Assembly (NCBI GenBank): GCA_963753975.1 | Contig: CAVWEH010000002.1 | Location: forward strand, 480,001 to 544,000 | Direction: 5' to 3' | Origin: an uncultured delta proteobacterium | GTDB lineage: Bacteria > Desulfobacterota > Syntrophia > Syntrophales > Smithellaceae | Length of the DNA stretch: 64,000 nt | Part shown: piece by piece, positions 11,458-21,902 of the stretch | Position numbering within the stretch: the first letter of the stretch is position 1 | Layout of the letters: each line of letters begins with the position of its first letter | The notes under the pieces: model-generated | Databases searched by the model: none | The model's input: only the letters and a program-made list of their open reading frames with translations | Told to the model about the DNA's origin: nothing | Translations under genes and position numbers: made by a program

Positions 11458-12487
11458 ATGGAAGATCAAATTTTTAATGATCCGATGGCAAGGAAAGCTA
11501 CAGATTGGCGACGGACAGTTTTTTTTATTCTGCGTTTTACTGTGAGCATCGCCCTTGTCGTCTGGATATTCAGTTCCATCGATTGGGGAATTTTTAAAGA
11601 CATAATCATCTCTCCTAAGCCTTATCCGCTGGCGGCATTTGTTATTTTCAGCTTATTATTTGTTTTTTTAGGCGGTATGAAACTTTGGGTGTTACTGCGA
11701 ACGCTTCATCCCATGGGTCTCTGGCATTTCAGCGCATATTATTTTCTTACGAGTTCTGTAGGCTCCCTTATTCCCTCTATTTTTGGTGATTTTACATTAG
11801 CGGCGCTGATGAAAAAAAATCAAATCGACTATCATAAGAGTTTTTCCATTATTATTCTGGATAGATTGATTACACTGTTAATTGCTGTCTTCATTTTTAC
11901 GCCCTTTACGCTTATTTTCATCTTGCCGGTTTCATCCCATCACGATATGGACAATCACAGCAACAACTCTCGTAATAACTTATCGGCCATGTGGTTTTCC
12001 GCTTCGTTTCTACTCAACATCGCTTTTCAAAGATTCTCGGTCACTCGTTGTTTTTCTGATGAAACTTACAATAGTTTTCTTCCGCAAGAAGAGATGGCAA
12101 GTCTATGGAAAAACTTTCTTATTGGTTTATTCCGCGGTTTCATTTCCGGTATTGCCTTATTTTTTGCTCTTGATGGCCGTTAATCTCTTGCCCAACTGAT
12201 CTGCTTCGACAATTTGTATTGCAAATTCCCTCTCCGTTGTGACCCATATCCCGATCAGTATCAGCGGACTCGGCCTCTATGAAGGGAGTGGGCTGATCCT
12301 GTTTGAACGAATTGGCCTGCAACGAGAGATGGTACTGGCGGGGCTGCTCTATCAGCGGGTATATATCATTGTCTGGTCACTGGCAACGATACTCATCATC
12401 GGCACCGTCATTCTCCTGCGCCGCCGCAGAGCAGGAAAAGCAAAGGCACAAAATACTCGTCCATCGGAAAGTGAGTTGCCGCTATGA
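11458..12487 (+). CDS. Lysylphosphatidylglycerol synthase TM-domain / flippase-like membrane protein (frameshifted)
   Basis: Multi-TM fragments 11458..12183, 11882..12199 and 12239..12487 with IPSIFGD, IILDRL, IPISISGLGLYEG. Confidence 0.75.
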
Positions 12488-13707
12488 TCCCAACTAATAA
12501 ACCGTCCTATGCTTTAGCCGATCTTTATGCCGCTCTGTTTCATGATCCCCGTGCGGTTGAGCTTTTTGAAGATGAATTGACCCAACGATTCGATTTTAAC
12601 GACGCCATCGTTTTTCCCTATGGACGCAGTGCGCTTTACGCGGCATTGAAATCGCTCAACTGCCCGGCAGGGGAGGTAGTGCAATCTGCTTTCAACTGTG
12701 TCGTTGTCGCCCATGCGACTATAGCTGCGGGCCATCGGCCTGTCTTTGTTGATGCAACAGCCTCATCGCCAAACCAGAATGCAGATCAAATGGTTCAGGC
12801 TGTCGGTCGTGAAACAGTTGCTGTAATCCAGACAAGCATTTTTGGTATGACATTTGATACAGAGGGATTGTGCGGAGAAATCCGCCGTCGGAACAGCAAC
12901 GCTTGCATTCTGATTGATTGCTGCCAGGCTCTGGACGCACGTTGGCAGGGAAGATTGCTTATGCATTCCGGAGACGGGGCTCTTCTGGCCTTCGGGATCG
13001 GTAAACCCATGACCACCCTCTACGGCGGTGTGCTGCTGACAAACCGCCCTGATCTGGCCGCTGCCGTCCGCACCTTTAGGAACCGCACATATCGTCAGCC
13101 CGGCAGTATTGCGGTCTTCAGACGCTGGCTCTACTTTATTGCCTCTTGGGCTGCACTGTCCCCAGCGCTGCTTTCTCTAACGGATTATCTGATTAATGCC
13201 GATACGCCCTTGAGCCGCTACCTCTGGAAACTCAGAGCCAGGGAGGCCATTCGCCTTCCCAAAAACAACGATATCCTCATGCTACCGCTGGAAGCAGCTA
13301 TTGGACGCAGTCAGCTTAAACGTGTGTCGCAATTTATGACACGACGCCGAGAGATTGCCACTCAATATAACGAAGCCTTCGGACAATTGCCAAATATAGA
13401 AATACCATGTTGGAATGAAGGTTCAACATTCACCATTTATACAATTAGGCTTAAACAACCGCTGGATAGGCCGCGGGTAATATCTTTAATGCGTAAAAAA
13501 GGCGTCCGGTGTGATACTATTCTAAGTTATGTTATTCCGGGTCTTGCATGTTACCGGGAACGGGGTTTTTCGGCGGAGGCCTTTCCGCATGGCCGTGCAT
13601 GGTCGGAGTCCGTCTTGAATCTTCCCAGTTATCCTCTTATGACGGATAAACAAATTCAGAAAGTCATTCGAACAATGAAAGAAACCGTTGGGACGCTCTA
13701 TGAATAA
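12484..13707 (+). CDS. DegT/DnrJ-like aminotransferase (divergent)
   Basis: YGRSALY, LIDCCQA, FGIGKPMTTLYGG, VLNLPSYP. Confidence 0.85.
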   Translation: MIPTNKPSYALADLYAALFHDPRAVELFEDELTQRFDFNDAIVFPYGRSALYAALKSLNCPAGEVVQSAFNCVVVAHATIAAGHRPVFVDATASSPNQNADQMVQAVGRETVAVIQTSIFGMTFDTEGLCGEIRRRNSNACILIDCCQALDARWQGRLLMHSGDGALLAFGIGKPMTTLYGGVLLTNRPDLAAAVRTFRNRTYRQPGSIAVFRRWLYFIASWAALSPALLSLTDYLINADTPLSRYLWKLRAREAIRLPKNNDILMLPLEAAIGRSQLKRVSQFMTRRREIATQYNEAFGQLPNIEIPCWNEGSTFTIYTIRLKQPLDRPRVISLMRKKGVRCDTILSYVIPGLACYRERGFSAEAFPHGRAWSESVLNLPSYPLMTDKQIQKVIRTMKETVGTLYE

Positions 13708-14434
13708 TCGACATGCGGCTATTGAAACATTACGTTCCGAGTATGACGGAAGGTTACTTGATCCCGAGGAGCGAAAACAGCAGGCGCAGCGCCTTTATTC
13801 AGCCCTAATGACAGCGGGGCTATGGCCTGCCCAGCCACGCATTCTCGACGTGGGCTGCGGAGCCGGCATCAAGCTTTCTTTCCTCGGTGAAAATGTCAGC
13901 CTTCGCGTTGGTTGTGATATTCGTCGCGAAAACTATTTAAATATATCTGATGCGGTCAGCAACATCAGGTTTATTCAGGCAAGCGCTACAGAGCTGCCAT
14001 TTCCCGAGGGGAGTTTCGATCTGGTAACGTGCATTAGTGTTATTGAGGAGCTCCCGGATTTCCCGGCGGCTATCGCGGAAATGGCCCGTTGTGTTGCAAA
14101 GGGAGGTGTACTGGTTATGAATGTCACCAACGGTGTTCTTCTTGAACCCTTATATCAGTTGGCAGAAATGGTGGGAAGAAAGATTCCCGAAAGTTGGTGG
14201 TACTATGCTTCTGCCGGTAAGACTATTGTTAAAGCTAATCTCGATATAGGCTATCATATCGGCTGCCTTGAGGGCTGGCAATATACTCATTTAACACCAT
14301 ATATTATCCGCAGCCAATTCCCAATCATGAGATATCTACCTATATCCCTGCTTGATATCATATCGCGTTGTTTAGCCCCGACCTTTGTCCATGCCTGGCA
14401 AAGACCGACGGAATCCGATGAGGGGAGAAAATAA
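13700..14434 (+). CDS. Class I SAM-dependent methyltransferase
   Basis: ILDVGCGAG, ELPFPEGSFDLV. Confidence 0.85.
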   Translation: MNNRHAAIETLRSEYDGRLLDPEERKQQAQRLYSALMTAGLWPAQPRILDVGCGAGIKLSFLGENVSLRVGCDIRRENYLNISDAVSNIRFIQASATELPFPEGSFDLVTCISVIEELPDFPAAIAEMARCVAKGGVLVMNVTNGVLLEPLYQLAEMVGRKIPESWWYYASAGKTIVKANLDIGYHIGCLEGWQYTHLTPYIIRSQFPIMRYLPISLLDIISRCLAPTFVHAWQRPTESDEGRK

Positions 14435-14436
14435 TC

Positions 14437-16362
14437 ATGTGTGGAATCTGCGGAATAGCCGGTCCGGGAGGGTGCCGGGAAACAGTCGAGCGGATGACAA
14501 GGATCATTGCTCACCGCGGGCCGGATGGGTGCGGTATTCATGAGGGAAACGGCATATTGCTTGGTCACCGGCGCCTGTCCATCATCGACTTGAAAACCGG
14601 TGATCAACCCATGACCAATGAAGACAGAACATTATGGGTGGTTTTCAACGGTGAAATTTATAATTTTATGGAACTGCGCCGGGATCTGGAAGAGCGCGGA
14701 CATCGCTTTTCAACGAAAAGTGACACGGAAGTTCTTATCCACGGCTACGAAGAATACGGTCTTTCGTTTTTCCCGAAACTAAACGGCATTTTTGCCTATG
14801 CCCTCTGGGATGATTGTCGGAGAAGGCTGCTCCTAGTCCGCGACTATTTTGGCGTTAAGCCGCTCCACTATTACTTTAACGGAAAGACTCTGCACTTTGC
14901 CTCGGAAATCAAAGCCATCATTCAGGATGCCCGAATTCCCCGCGAACTGGATAGACAGAGCCTCCACTTTTTTCTCAATCTCCGTTATATACCCGGAGAA
15001 GGGACGCTTTTTAAAGGAATCAAAAGATTACCCGCAGCACATTATCTCCTTTATGAAAATGGCCAGATAACGATTCAACGGTATTTTGATCTTCAGCCCA
15101 TGGAGCAAAAAATAAAATCGGAAGCAGATTACTGCGAAGGCATCCGGCACTATCTCCAAGAGTCAGTGCGTAAACAGAAGATCAGCGATGTCCCTGTCGG
15201 CGTCTATCTTTCCGGCGGTCTCGATTCCAGTTCCTTGGTTGCCTTCATGAGCGAGGTCACTGGCGAACCGGTCCGCACTTTTTCCATGGGATTCAACGAG
15301 CCTACGGACGAACTGGACGATGCCCGGGTCATTGCAGACCACTTCCGGACAGACCACCAAGAAATATGCCTCTCTCCAGAACCACTGCGCCAGTTTCCCG
15401 AGGTAATATGGCACGCGGAAGAACCCAAAGAAAATATCCTGCAGGGTTTTCTCCTGTCGCGCTTCGCCGCTAAACACGTTAAGGTCTGTTTAGGAGGACT
15501 TGGCGGTGATGAGCTGTTCGCGGGCTATGATCTTTATAAATATATCTATCCATTGCGTTACCTGCACGGGTTTATTCCGCCTCTCGTTTCTTCGGGCATC
15601 CTGTCTCCGCTCCGCCATGCCCTTTTTTCCAGCCAGAACAAAACAGGATGCCTCAGCATGGACGAATATCGCCGGGGACTGCAGATGCTCCTTTCGCTCG
15701 GCGACCCTGCCCGCTATTACCTGATTTTGCGCAACACCTGGGATGACGACAACGCCGCCTACAACAATATTTACAGTCCACATTTTGCAGCTCGACAACT
15801 TCTAAAGACGGGCACACAATTCAATACGTATTTTCAGGGAAGAGACAAGGATGTCTTGGCGCAGGTTCTCTGGGCGGAGTTTCATACAAAAATGCAGGAG
15901 GATTTCCTGATGAATGAGGATCGCACATCCATGGCCAACGGTTTGGAAGTGCGGGTCCCGTTCCTGGATCGTGATTTGGTGCGATTTGCCATGTCCATTC
16001 CCGTGAATGTAAAAATGAAACATGGTGAGCTGAAGTATCTCTTCCGTCAGGCCATGAAAAGTGTTCTACCCATGCATACTTTAACGAAAAAGAAATGGGG
16101 CTTTAGTTTTAATCCCTATTACCAGTTTCAGAAGGATTTGAGAAGTGTTGCGTTAAATGTTTTAACAAGGAAACGGGTCGAAGACCGCGGCATTTTTAAC
16201 TATGCTTATCTTAAAAGTATTATTAATCACCCTCCTCATCCCCGTCTCCGCTGGCATTATTTTTTCTTGTGGCTGGCTGTGGGTCTGGAAATATGGTTTC
16301 AGATGTTCATTGATGGAGATGTATCCCAGCCTATTTTCAATCTGGAACATTATACATCTTGA
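14437..16362 (+). CDS. asnB: Asparagine synthase (glutamine-hydrolyzing)-like amidotransferase
   Basis: MCGICG N-terminus, HRGPD, HRRLSIID, LSGGLDSS, GGDELFAGY, EVRVPFLD; glycan-cluster context suggests sugar amidation. Confidence 0.9.
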   Translation: MCGICGIAGPGGCRETVERMTRIIAHRGPDGCGIHEGNGILLGHRRLSIIDLKTGDQPMTNEDRTLWVVFNGEIYNFMELRRDLEERGHRFSTKSDTEVLIHGYEEYGLSFFPKLNGIFAYALWDDCRRRLLLVRDYFGVKPLHYYFNGKTLHFASEIKAIIQDARIPRELDRQSLHFFLNLRYIPGEGTLFKGIKRLPAAHYLLYENGQITIQRYFDLQPMEQKIKSEADYCEGIRHYLQESVRKQKISDVPVGVYLSGGLDSSSLVAFMSEVTGEPVRTFSMGFNEPTDELDDARVIADHFRTDHQEICLSPEPLRQFPEVIWHAEEPKENILQGFLLSRFAAKHVKVCLGGLGGDELFAGYDLYKYIYPLRYLHGFIPPLVSSGILSPLRHALFSSQNKTGCLSMDEYRRGLQMLLSLGDPARYYLILRNTWDDDNAAYNNIYSPHFAARQLLKTGTQFNTYFQGRDKDVLAQVLWAEFHTKMQEDFLMNEDRTSMANGLEVRVPFLDRDLVRFAMSIPVNVKMKHGELKYLFRQAMKSVLPMHTLTKKKWGFSFNPYYQFQKDLRSVALNVLTRKRVEDRGIFNYAYLKSIINHPPHPRLRWHYFFLWLAVGLEIWFQMFIDGDVSQPIFNLEHYTS

Positions 16363-16500
16363 GCAATTGACGATCTTTAACTATGCTAACCGAATATATG
16401 TTTTTTTATAGAATTATATTTGTTTCGATAATAAATGACTTTACAAAATAAATGACTCAATTTATTAACATCGGTAATTATTCTTAAATAAGGTGAGAAA

Positions 16501-18564
16501 ATGTTCACAAAAGACAATGAATTTAGATTACCAAACAATTGGAACTTTCCCGATGGGAAAAAATACGCTTTTACCTTTATATCGCTCTTCATCATCCTGA
16601 TAGCCATTTACTCCAACAGTTTCTATGGCGAATGGCATTTTGATGATTTTGTCAATATTGTCGACAATCCGTATGTTCAAATAAATAAATTTTCCTGGGA
16701 AACAATTAAACACTGCGTTTATGGACTGGAACAAGAAAGGCCTTCCCGTCCATTAGCGTATTTAAGTTTTGCCCTCAATTACCACTTCGACGGCGAAAAT
16801 GTTTTTGGTTATCATCTTGTCAATTTTATAATTCATTATCTGGCGGCGGTATTTTTATTCCTCTTTATTTATAATACCCTTCAGCTTCCGCTGCAGCGGG
16901 AAAAATATGCAACCATCGCTTATCCGGTAGCAATGCTTTCAACTTTTCTCTGGGCGGTAAATCCTGTGCACGTTACAGCCATCACTTATATCGTCCAGCG
17001 CATGGCTTCCATGGCTGCACTTTTTTACATTATGTCTATGTATTTTTATTTAAAGGCAAGAACTAACACCAAGCTAATTTATTCCATCGCATTCTTTATC
17101 TTCAGTGGTTTGTGCGGATTGGCTGCTATTCTCACTAAAGAAAACGCGGCTATGCTTCCGGCAAGTATATTTCTCTATGATTTGTTTTTAATTCAAGGAT
17201 TGAATAAGGACAACATTAAAAGGTTTTCTAAGTTTGCCGCATTGCCTTTCGTAGCAATTTTGGTTACAGGCTTTATCTACACTGATTTCACAGCCATTTT
17301 ACAACAATACAATCTTCGTGATTTCACAATGGTTCAGAGACTCTTAACTGAACCGCGTGTCATCTTATTTTATCTTTCTCTTTTATTTTATCCAATTAAT
17401 TCACGCTTAACCTTGCTCTATGATATTGATGTTTCCCGCTCTCTATTTCAGCCTTGGACAACAATTCCGGCTATTTTACTGATAGCTATAATTATTGGAT
17501 TTGCCTCTTATATTGCCAGAAAGCGCCCCCTGATTTCTTTTTGTATCATCTTTTACTTTTTAAATCATATAATAGAAGGATCGATATTTTCCTTGGAGTT
17601 GATTTTTGAGCATCGCAATTATCTGCCTTCCATGCTCTTGTTTATCATTCCTTCGCTTTTAATCATCCACGTTCTTGATTACTTTTCCTATAAGAAAACA
17701 ATCCAATTTGCCTGTGCATTAGGTGTTATTATAATCTTAACAGGTATGGGTGACGTTACGTTCCGCCGCAATGCTATTGTAGCGAATGATTTTAGTCTTT
17801 GGTATGAAAATGCTGAAAAATATCCCAACTTAAGTCGGACCCATTCCAATCTTGGCAATTCTTATATTCACAGAAAGCAACTGAACAAGGCATTGATTGA
17901 ATATGGAAAAGCTATGCAATTAAATAATTTTGGCGGCACTTATGCTCGCGCTATTCAAGAATCTAATCTTGGTTTATATAAATATAATGCTGGAAAATAT
18001 AATGAAGCCCTTGCTTTCTTTAAAAGTTCGTCTGGAGTTTTTCCTGATTCGCTTGTCAATAATATTTATACAGCTAAAATACGTATATTAAATAATAATT
18101 TTTCTCTTGCTCGTCAAATTATTGAAACAGAATTAACCAAATATCCTTTCAACGACAAACTTATTGAAATATTGTGTTTGATATTGATCAAAGAAAATGA
18201 CCTTAAAAAAGCGGAATTATATGCTAAAACAGCTCTGAAAAATAATTTAGCGAATACTTTCCCTCTGCCGATTTTAGCTGAGATTTACCGGAGAAAGGGA
18301 AATCTCCGTTCGTCCATATCATTCTGGAAACTTTATCAACAATCATCTCCTTTTGATTCCTTTGCCAATCTTGCCTTAATCGAACTCTATGCTCAAACAA
18401 AGGATTTAAGAATGCTTGATATAGAATTAAGTAAATTAAATGCACTTAAAGGGAATAAAGATATAGTTTCTTATATAAAGGAAATTACAGAAAAACAAAA
18501 TCTTCTTATTTATATACCCAATGTCAGTAAAATTCAGTCAATCGCCAAGGATAGATATAAATAA
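16501..18564 (+). CDS. TMTC-like GT-C membrane protein with C-terminal TPR repeats (putative protein O-glycosyltransferase)
   Basis: HFDD loop, RPLAYLSFALNY, GYHLVN, NPVHVTAITYIVQR, KENA, EHRNYLPS, many TMs, then HSNLGN-type TPRs. Confidence 0.75.
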   Translation: MFTKDNEFRLPNNWNFPDGKKYAFTFISLFIILIAIYSNSFYGEWHFDDFVNIVDNPYVQINKFSWETIKHCVYGLEQERPSRPLAYLSFALNYHFDGENVFGYHLVNFIIHYLAAVFLFLFIYNTLQLPLQREKYATIAYPVAMLSTFLWAVNPVHVTAITYIVQRMASMAALFYIMSMYFYLKARTNTKLIYSIAFFIFSGLCGLAAILTKENAAMLPASIFLYDLFLIQGLNKDNIKRFSKFAALPFVAILVTGFIYTDFTAILQQYNLRDFTMVQRLLTEPRVILFYLSLLFYPINSRLTLLYDIDVSRSLFQPWTTIPAILLIAIIIGFASYIARKRPLISFCIIFYFLNHIIEGSIFSLELIFEHRNYLPSMLLFIIPSLLIIHVLDYFSYKKTIQFACALGVIIILTGMGDVTFRRNAIVANDFSLWYENAEKYPNLSRTHSNLGNSYIHRKQLNKALIEYGKAMQLNNFGGTYARAIQESNLGLYKYNAGKYNEALAFFKSSSGVFPDSLVNNIYTAKIRILNNNFSLARQIIETELTKYPFNDKLIEILCLILIKENDLKKAELYAKTALKNNLANTFPLPILAEIYRRKGNLRSSISFWKLYQQSSPFDSFANLALIELYAQTKDLRMLDIELSKLNALKGNKDIVSYIKEITEKQNLLIYIPNVSKIQSIAKDRYK

Positions 18565-18581
18565 TGAAAAATTTTAAAAAA

Positions 18582-18614
18582 AATAGCGTGATGATTATTT
18601 TTCATCACGCTATT
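18582..18614 (-). terminator. Intrinsic terminator between the convergent pilin and TMTC-like genes
   Basis: 13-bp stem AATAGCGTGATGA/TCATCACGCTATT; upstream A-tract gives a U-tract on the minus strand. Confidence 0.8.
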
Positions 18615-18660
18615 CATCAGATAATTCTCTTTGTACTTATTTATCTAAATATTTTTATTA

Positions 18661-19038
18661 TTAAGGTAAATTCCACGTTCCCGCTGCTGCATAGCCATTA
18701 TCTGTGCCTCTTGCAGTCACTGAAACTGTTGCTGCATTACTTCCCGCTGCTGATACATTGATAGTCCATACGTCAGGCGCTGTTCCGACTGTTGTACCGA
18801 ACGCTGCTGCAGTTACTACAGCTGCAGAAGTTGACGGAGCAGTTCCATTTGTCAGGAAAAGCTGATAATAGGCTAGATTAAGCGTTGATTTTAATTCAGC
18901 AATTTCACCCTGGGCTGCAGATACTTTAGCCTGCGTTGCCAGATCAATGTATTTGGGTATGGCTACTGCGGCCAGAATACCCAGGATAACCAGTACCGCA
19001 ATAATTTCGATAAGCGTAAAACCTTTTTGATTTTTCAT
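18661..19038 (-). CDS. Type IV pilin (MSHA/PilA-like)
   Basis: Prepilin site KG|FTLIE; LGILAAVAIPKYIDL; 119 aa mature. Confidence 0.95.
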   Translation of the reverse strand: MKNQKGFTLIEIIAVLVILGILAAVAIPKYIDLATQAKVSAAQGEIAELKSTLNLAYYQLFLTNGTAPSTSAAVVTAAAFGTTVGTAPDVWTINVSAAGSNAATVSVTARGTDNGYAAAGTWNLP

Positions 19039-19302
19039 CTTTTTTCTCCTTTTTTAAAGTTTGTTAAATGTTTAAGATTTAGTTTTTCTAATAAACATTT
19101 ATAATGCTTTATTTACATTTAATACAGTAATATCCAGTTGCTCATTTTTGTAATAATTCACCCCCTCCCTAATTTACCTTGTCTTGCTTGTAAGTTATTT
19201 ATCTGACAGCTTTTTCCTGTATTACGAACCACGTTTCATCGCCTGTAGAATGCCTTTTAGCGCTCTTGGACAAATTACAAATATTGTGTACGTCATCTAC
19301 AA

Positions 19303-20649
19303 TTATTGTAGATTTTTAACGTTATTTATATCGATATTAAGTTTCTTTATTCTATGCCAAAGGCTTCTTTGATTTATACCCAACATATTTGCCGCTTTAA
19401 CTTGAATTCCTCTGGTCACTTTTAAAGCATTAATAATCATTTCCCTTTCCATAATCATTAATTTATCATCCAGAGCAATATCGCCGTTTAAATTATCAGC
19501 TATAGCTATTAAACCCTGCCTGTTAATTACATCCGGCAAGTGATGAGATTCAATAATGTTCTTTTCTGCTAAGACTGAAGCCTGCTCCAAAACATTTTTT
19601 AATTCCCTGATATTGCCCGGCCAGGAATAGCCGATTAAAAGCTGCAAAACAGCTGATGTTAAATTAAGTTCTTTCTTAAGTTTGCTCAAAAAGAAATTGG
19701 CCAGAAGCGGAATATCTTCTCTTCTTTCTCTCAGAGGCGGCAAAAAAATAGAAAATACATTGAGGCGAAAATATAGATCTTCCCTGAAGAATCCTTCTTT
19801 AATCATTTTGGGCAAATTTTTATTTGTCGCCGCTATAAAACGCACATCGACACGAATCGGTTTTGTTCCACCGACTCTTTCAAATTCTTTTTCCTGCAAA
19901 ACGCGCAAAATCTTTGCCTGCGTCGTGAGCGGCATATCCCCAATTTCATCGAGAAATAATGTTCCGCCGTCAGCTATTTCAAACTTCCCTTTTTTTTGAG
20001 TTGTAGCACCTGTAAATGAACCCCTTTCATGGCCAAAAAGCTCGCTTTCCAGCAAACCTTCCGGGATGGCCACACAATTAATCTTAATAAACGGTCTCCC
20101 TTTTCTGGCGCTGTGCTCATAAATACTTGCCGCTATCAATTCCTTGCCTGTTCCGCTTTCGCCGGTAATAAACACCGTAGAATCTGTTGGTGCTACTTTC
20201 ATAATTTGTGTAAAAATATTGCGCATGGCAGCGCTGGAACCAATAACTTCCGGAAATAATTCTTTTGTCTCCACGTGGCTTAGAATATTCGCTACGTTAT
20301 CAAACACCATGGTAATTTTGTCTAAATCATCGGTTATACTTTCCCGTGTTACCAAGGGAGAATTTTTTAGAATGGGTATTTTTTGCGCTTTATTAATAAA
20401 TTGTTCGAATGGTTTCAAAAGAATTCGTAAGATAAGAGAACTGATTAAAAAAGTTAAAAAACCAATAACAGTAATTAAATAGACAAATTCCAGAGAAGAT
20501 GCCTGACTGTTATTTTGATTGCTATTATCATACTGGTTAAGTAATTGGTAAGTTAGAATAATACCTATTATTGTTATTCCGGAATAAATTACCGGGATTA
20601 ATATGTAAAGGTTAATATAGAATTTTTTTTTGTTTATTTCTTTTTTCAT
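19303..20649 (-). CDS. Membrane-anchored sigma-54-dependent transcriptional activator
   Basis: Two N-terminal TMs, GESGTGKE, ESELFGHERGSFTGA, LFLDEIG, WPGNIREL, Fis-type HTH. Confidence 0.9.
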   Translation of the reverse strand: MKKEINKKKFYINLYILIPVIYSGITIIGIILTYQLLNQYDNSNQNNSQASSLEFVYLITVIGFLTFLISSLILRILLKPFEQFINKAQKIPILKNSPLVTRESITDDLDKITMVFDNVANILSHVETKELFPEVIGSSAAMRNIFTQIMKVAPTDSTVFITGESGTGKELIAASIYEHSARKGRPFIKINCVAIPEGLLESELFGHERGSFTGATTQKKGKFEIADGGTLFLDEIGDMPLTTQAKILRVLQEKEFERVGGTKPIRVDVRFIAATNKNLPKMIKEGFFREDLYFRLNVFSIFLPPLRERREDIPLLANFFLSKLKKELNLTSAVLQLLIGYSWPGNIRELKNVLEQASVLAEKNIIESHHLPDVINRQGLIAIADNLNGDIALDDKLMIMEREMIINALKVTRGIQVKAANMLGINQRSLWHRIKKLNIDINNVKNLQ

Positions 20650-20652
20650 ATT

Positions 20653-21882
20653 TTAATGTTGTTGTGTGGCCAATTTTGTGAGATCCCACATGGGCATAAA
20701 TATGGCCAGAGCAAAAAATCCGACAACCGCGGCTAAACCTACAATTAGAATTGGCCCAATTGCATCGGAAAGCCCTTTAACTGCATATTCAACTTCATCA
20801 TCATAGTGCTTGGTAATTTCCCGCAGCATTTCATCAATATTTCCCGATTCTTCACCGATAGCAATCATATCAATAACCATGGGAGTAAAATATTTTGCGG
20901 TTTTTAAGGGTGCAGAAATTCCGGCACCTTCTTCAATGCGCTCGCGAACATGCTCGAAGGCGCGAGAAATAGCTGCATTGCCGATTGTTTCCGATAAAAT
21001 AGTTAGAGATTGCATAACGGGAACACCGCTCGTTTGCAAAATGGCAAAAATACTGGCAAAACGGGATAACGCCGCTTTCTTAAACAATGGACCAAGTATC
21101 GGAATTTCCAGTATAAAAGTATCTTTCAATAGTTTCCCGTTTTGAGTCTGAAGATATGAATACAATCCAAAAATTATAACACCCATGCCGGTAAGAATTA
21201 TATACCAGTAATTTTTTAAGTAAGTATATAAAAACAGGGCAAATTTTGTAGGCCATGGCAAAATCAAACCGGCTTTGCTGAAAAGAGAAGCAAATTGAGG
21301 CACGACAAAAGTTAAAAGTACGATAAAAGCGATACAGAGAGCGATAACAACAATTATCGGGTATCTCAATGCCGCTTTAATGTCTGATTTAACCTTTGTT
21401 TCATGTTCGATAATATAAATCAGACGATCTAAAACGCTGGGCACATTTCCGCTTATTTCTCCGGCTTTGATCATAGCGCAGTAAAGCGGTGAAAATATTT
21501 TCGGATATTTCTGCAGAGCTTCCGAAAGAGATGAACCTTGCCTGATATCCTGAATAATTGCTGATATTGCTTTTCTTAATACCCGGCTTTCTGTTTGCGC
21601 TTCCAGTACTTGCAGAAGCCTTAATATCGGCACACCGGCGCCCAGCATGGAACGAAACTGCTTTGTAAAAATGATCAGGTCAGATACCTTAACCGTGTTC
21701 GCAAAGGTCATAATTGCCGACCACGGATTATCTGCCGATTTATCCTGTTCCTGAATCATTTTTAAAGGTATGAGACCACGCAATGCCAATATCGAATTTG
21801 CCGCGTCAACAGAATCAGCTTCCAGCGTTCCCGATGCTTTATCTCCATTTTCATTGATTGCTTGATAAATATAGCTGGGCAT
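20653..21882 (-). CDS. pilC: T4P/T2SS inner-membrane platform protein (PilC/GspF/MshG)
   Basis: FTKQFRSMLGAGVPI, AGEISGN, ALRYP, IGEESGNIDEML. Confidence 0.9.
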   Translation of the reverse strand: MPSYIYQAINENGDKASGTLEADSVDAANSILALRGLIPLKMIQEQDKSADNPWSAIMTFANTVKVSDLIIFTKQFRSMLGAGVPILRLLQVLEAQTESRVLRKAISAIIQDIRQGSSLSEALQKYPKIFSPLYCAMIKAGEISGNVPSVLDRLIYIIEHETKVKSDIKAALRYPIIVVIALCIAFIVLLTFVVPQFASLFSKAGLILPWPTKFALFLYTYLKNYWYIILTGMGVIIFGLYSYLQTQNGKLLKDTFILEIPILGPLFKKAALSRFASIFAILQTSGVPVMQSLTILSETIGNAAISRAFEHVRERIEEGAGISAPLKTAKYFTPMVIDMIAIGEESGNIDEMLREITKHYDDEVEYAVKGLSDAIGPILIVGLAAVVGFFALAIFMPMWDLTKLATQQH

Positions 21883-21902
21883 TTTTCATCCTTAATTTTA
21901 GC

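Noticed and set aside
19239..19255. Sigma-54 promoter for pilin (AGGCATTCTACAGGC, minus strand)
   Set aside because: GG-N10-GC spacing fits but the leading T and the TT before GC are missing; too weak to call
19040..19300. c-di-GMP riboswitch in the pilin leader
   Set aside because: GEMM core motifs not recognisable on the minus strand
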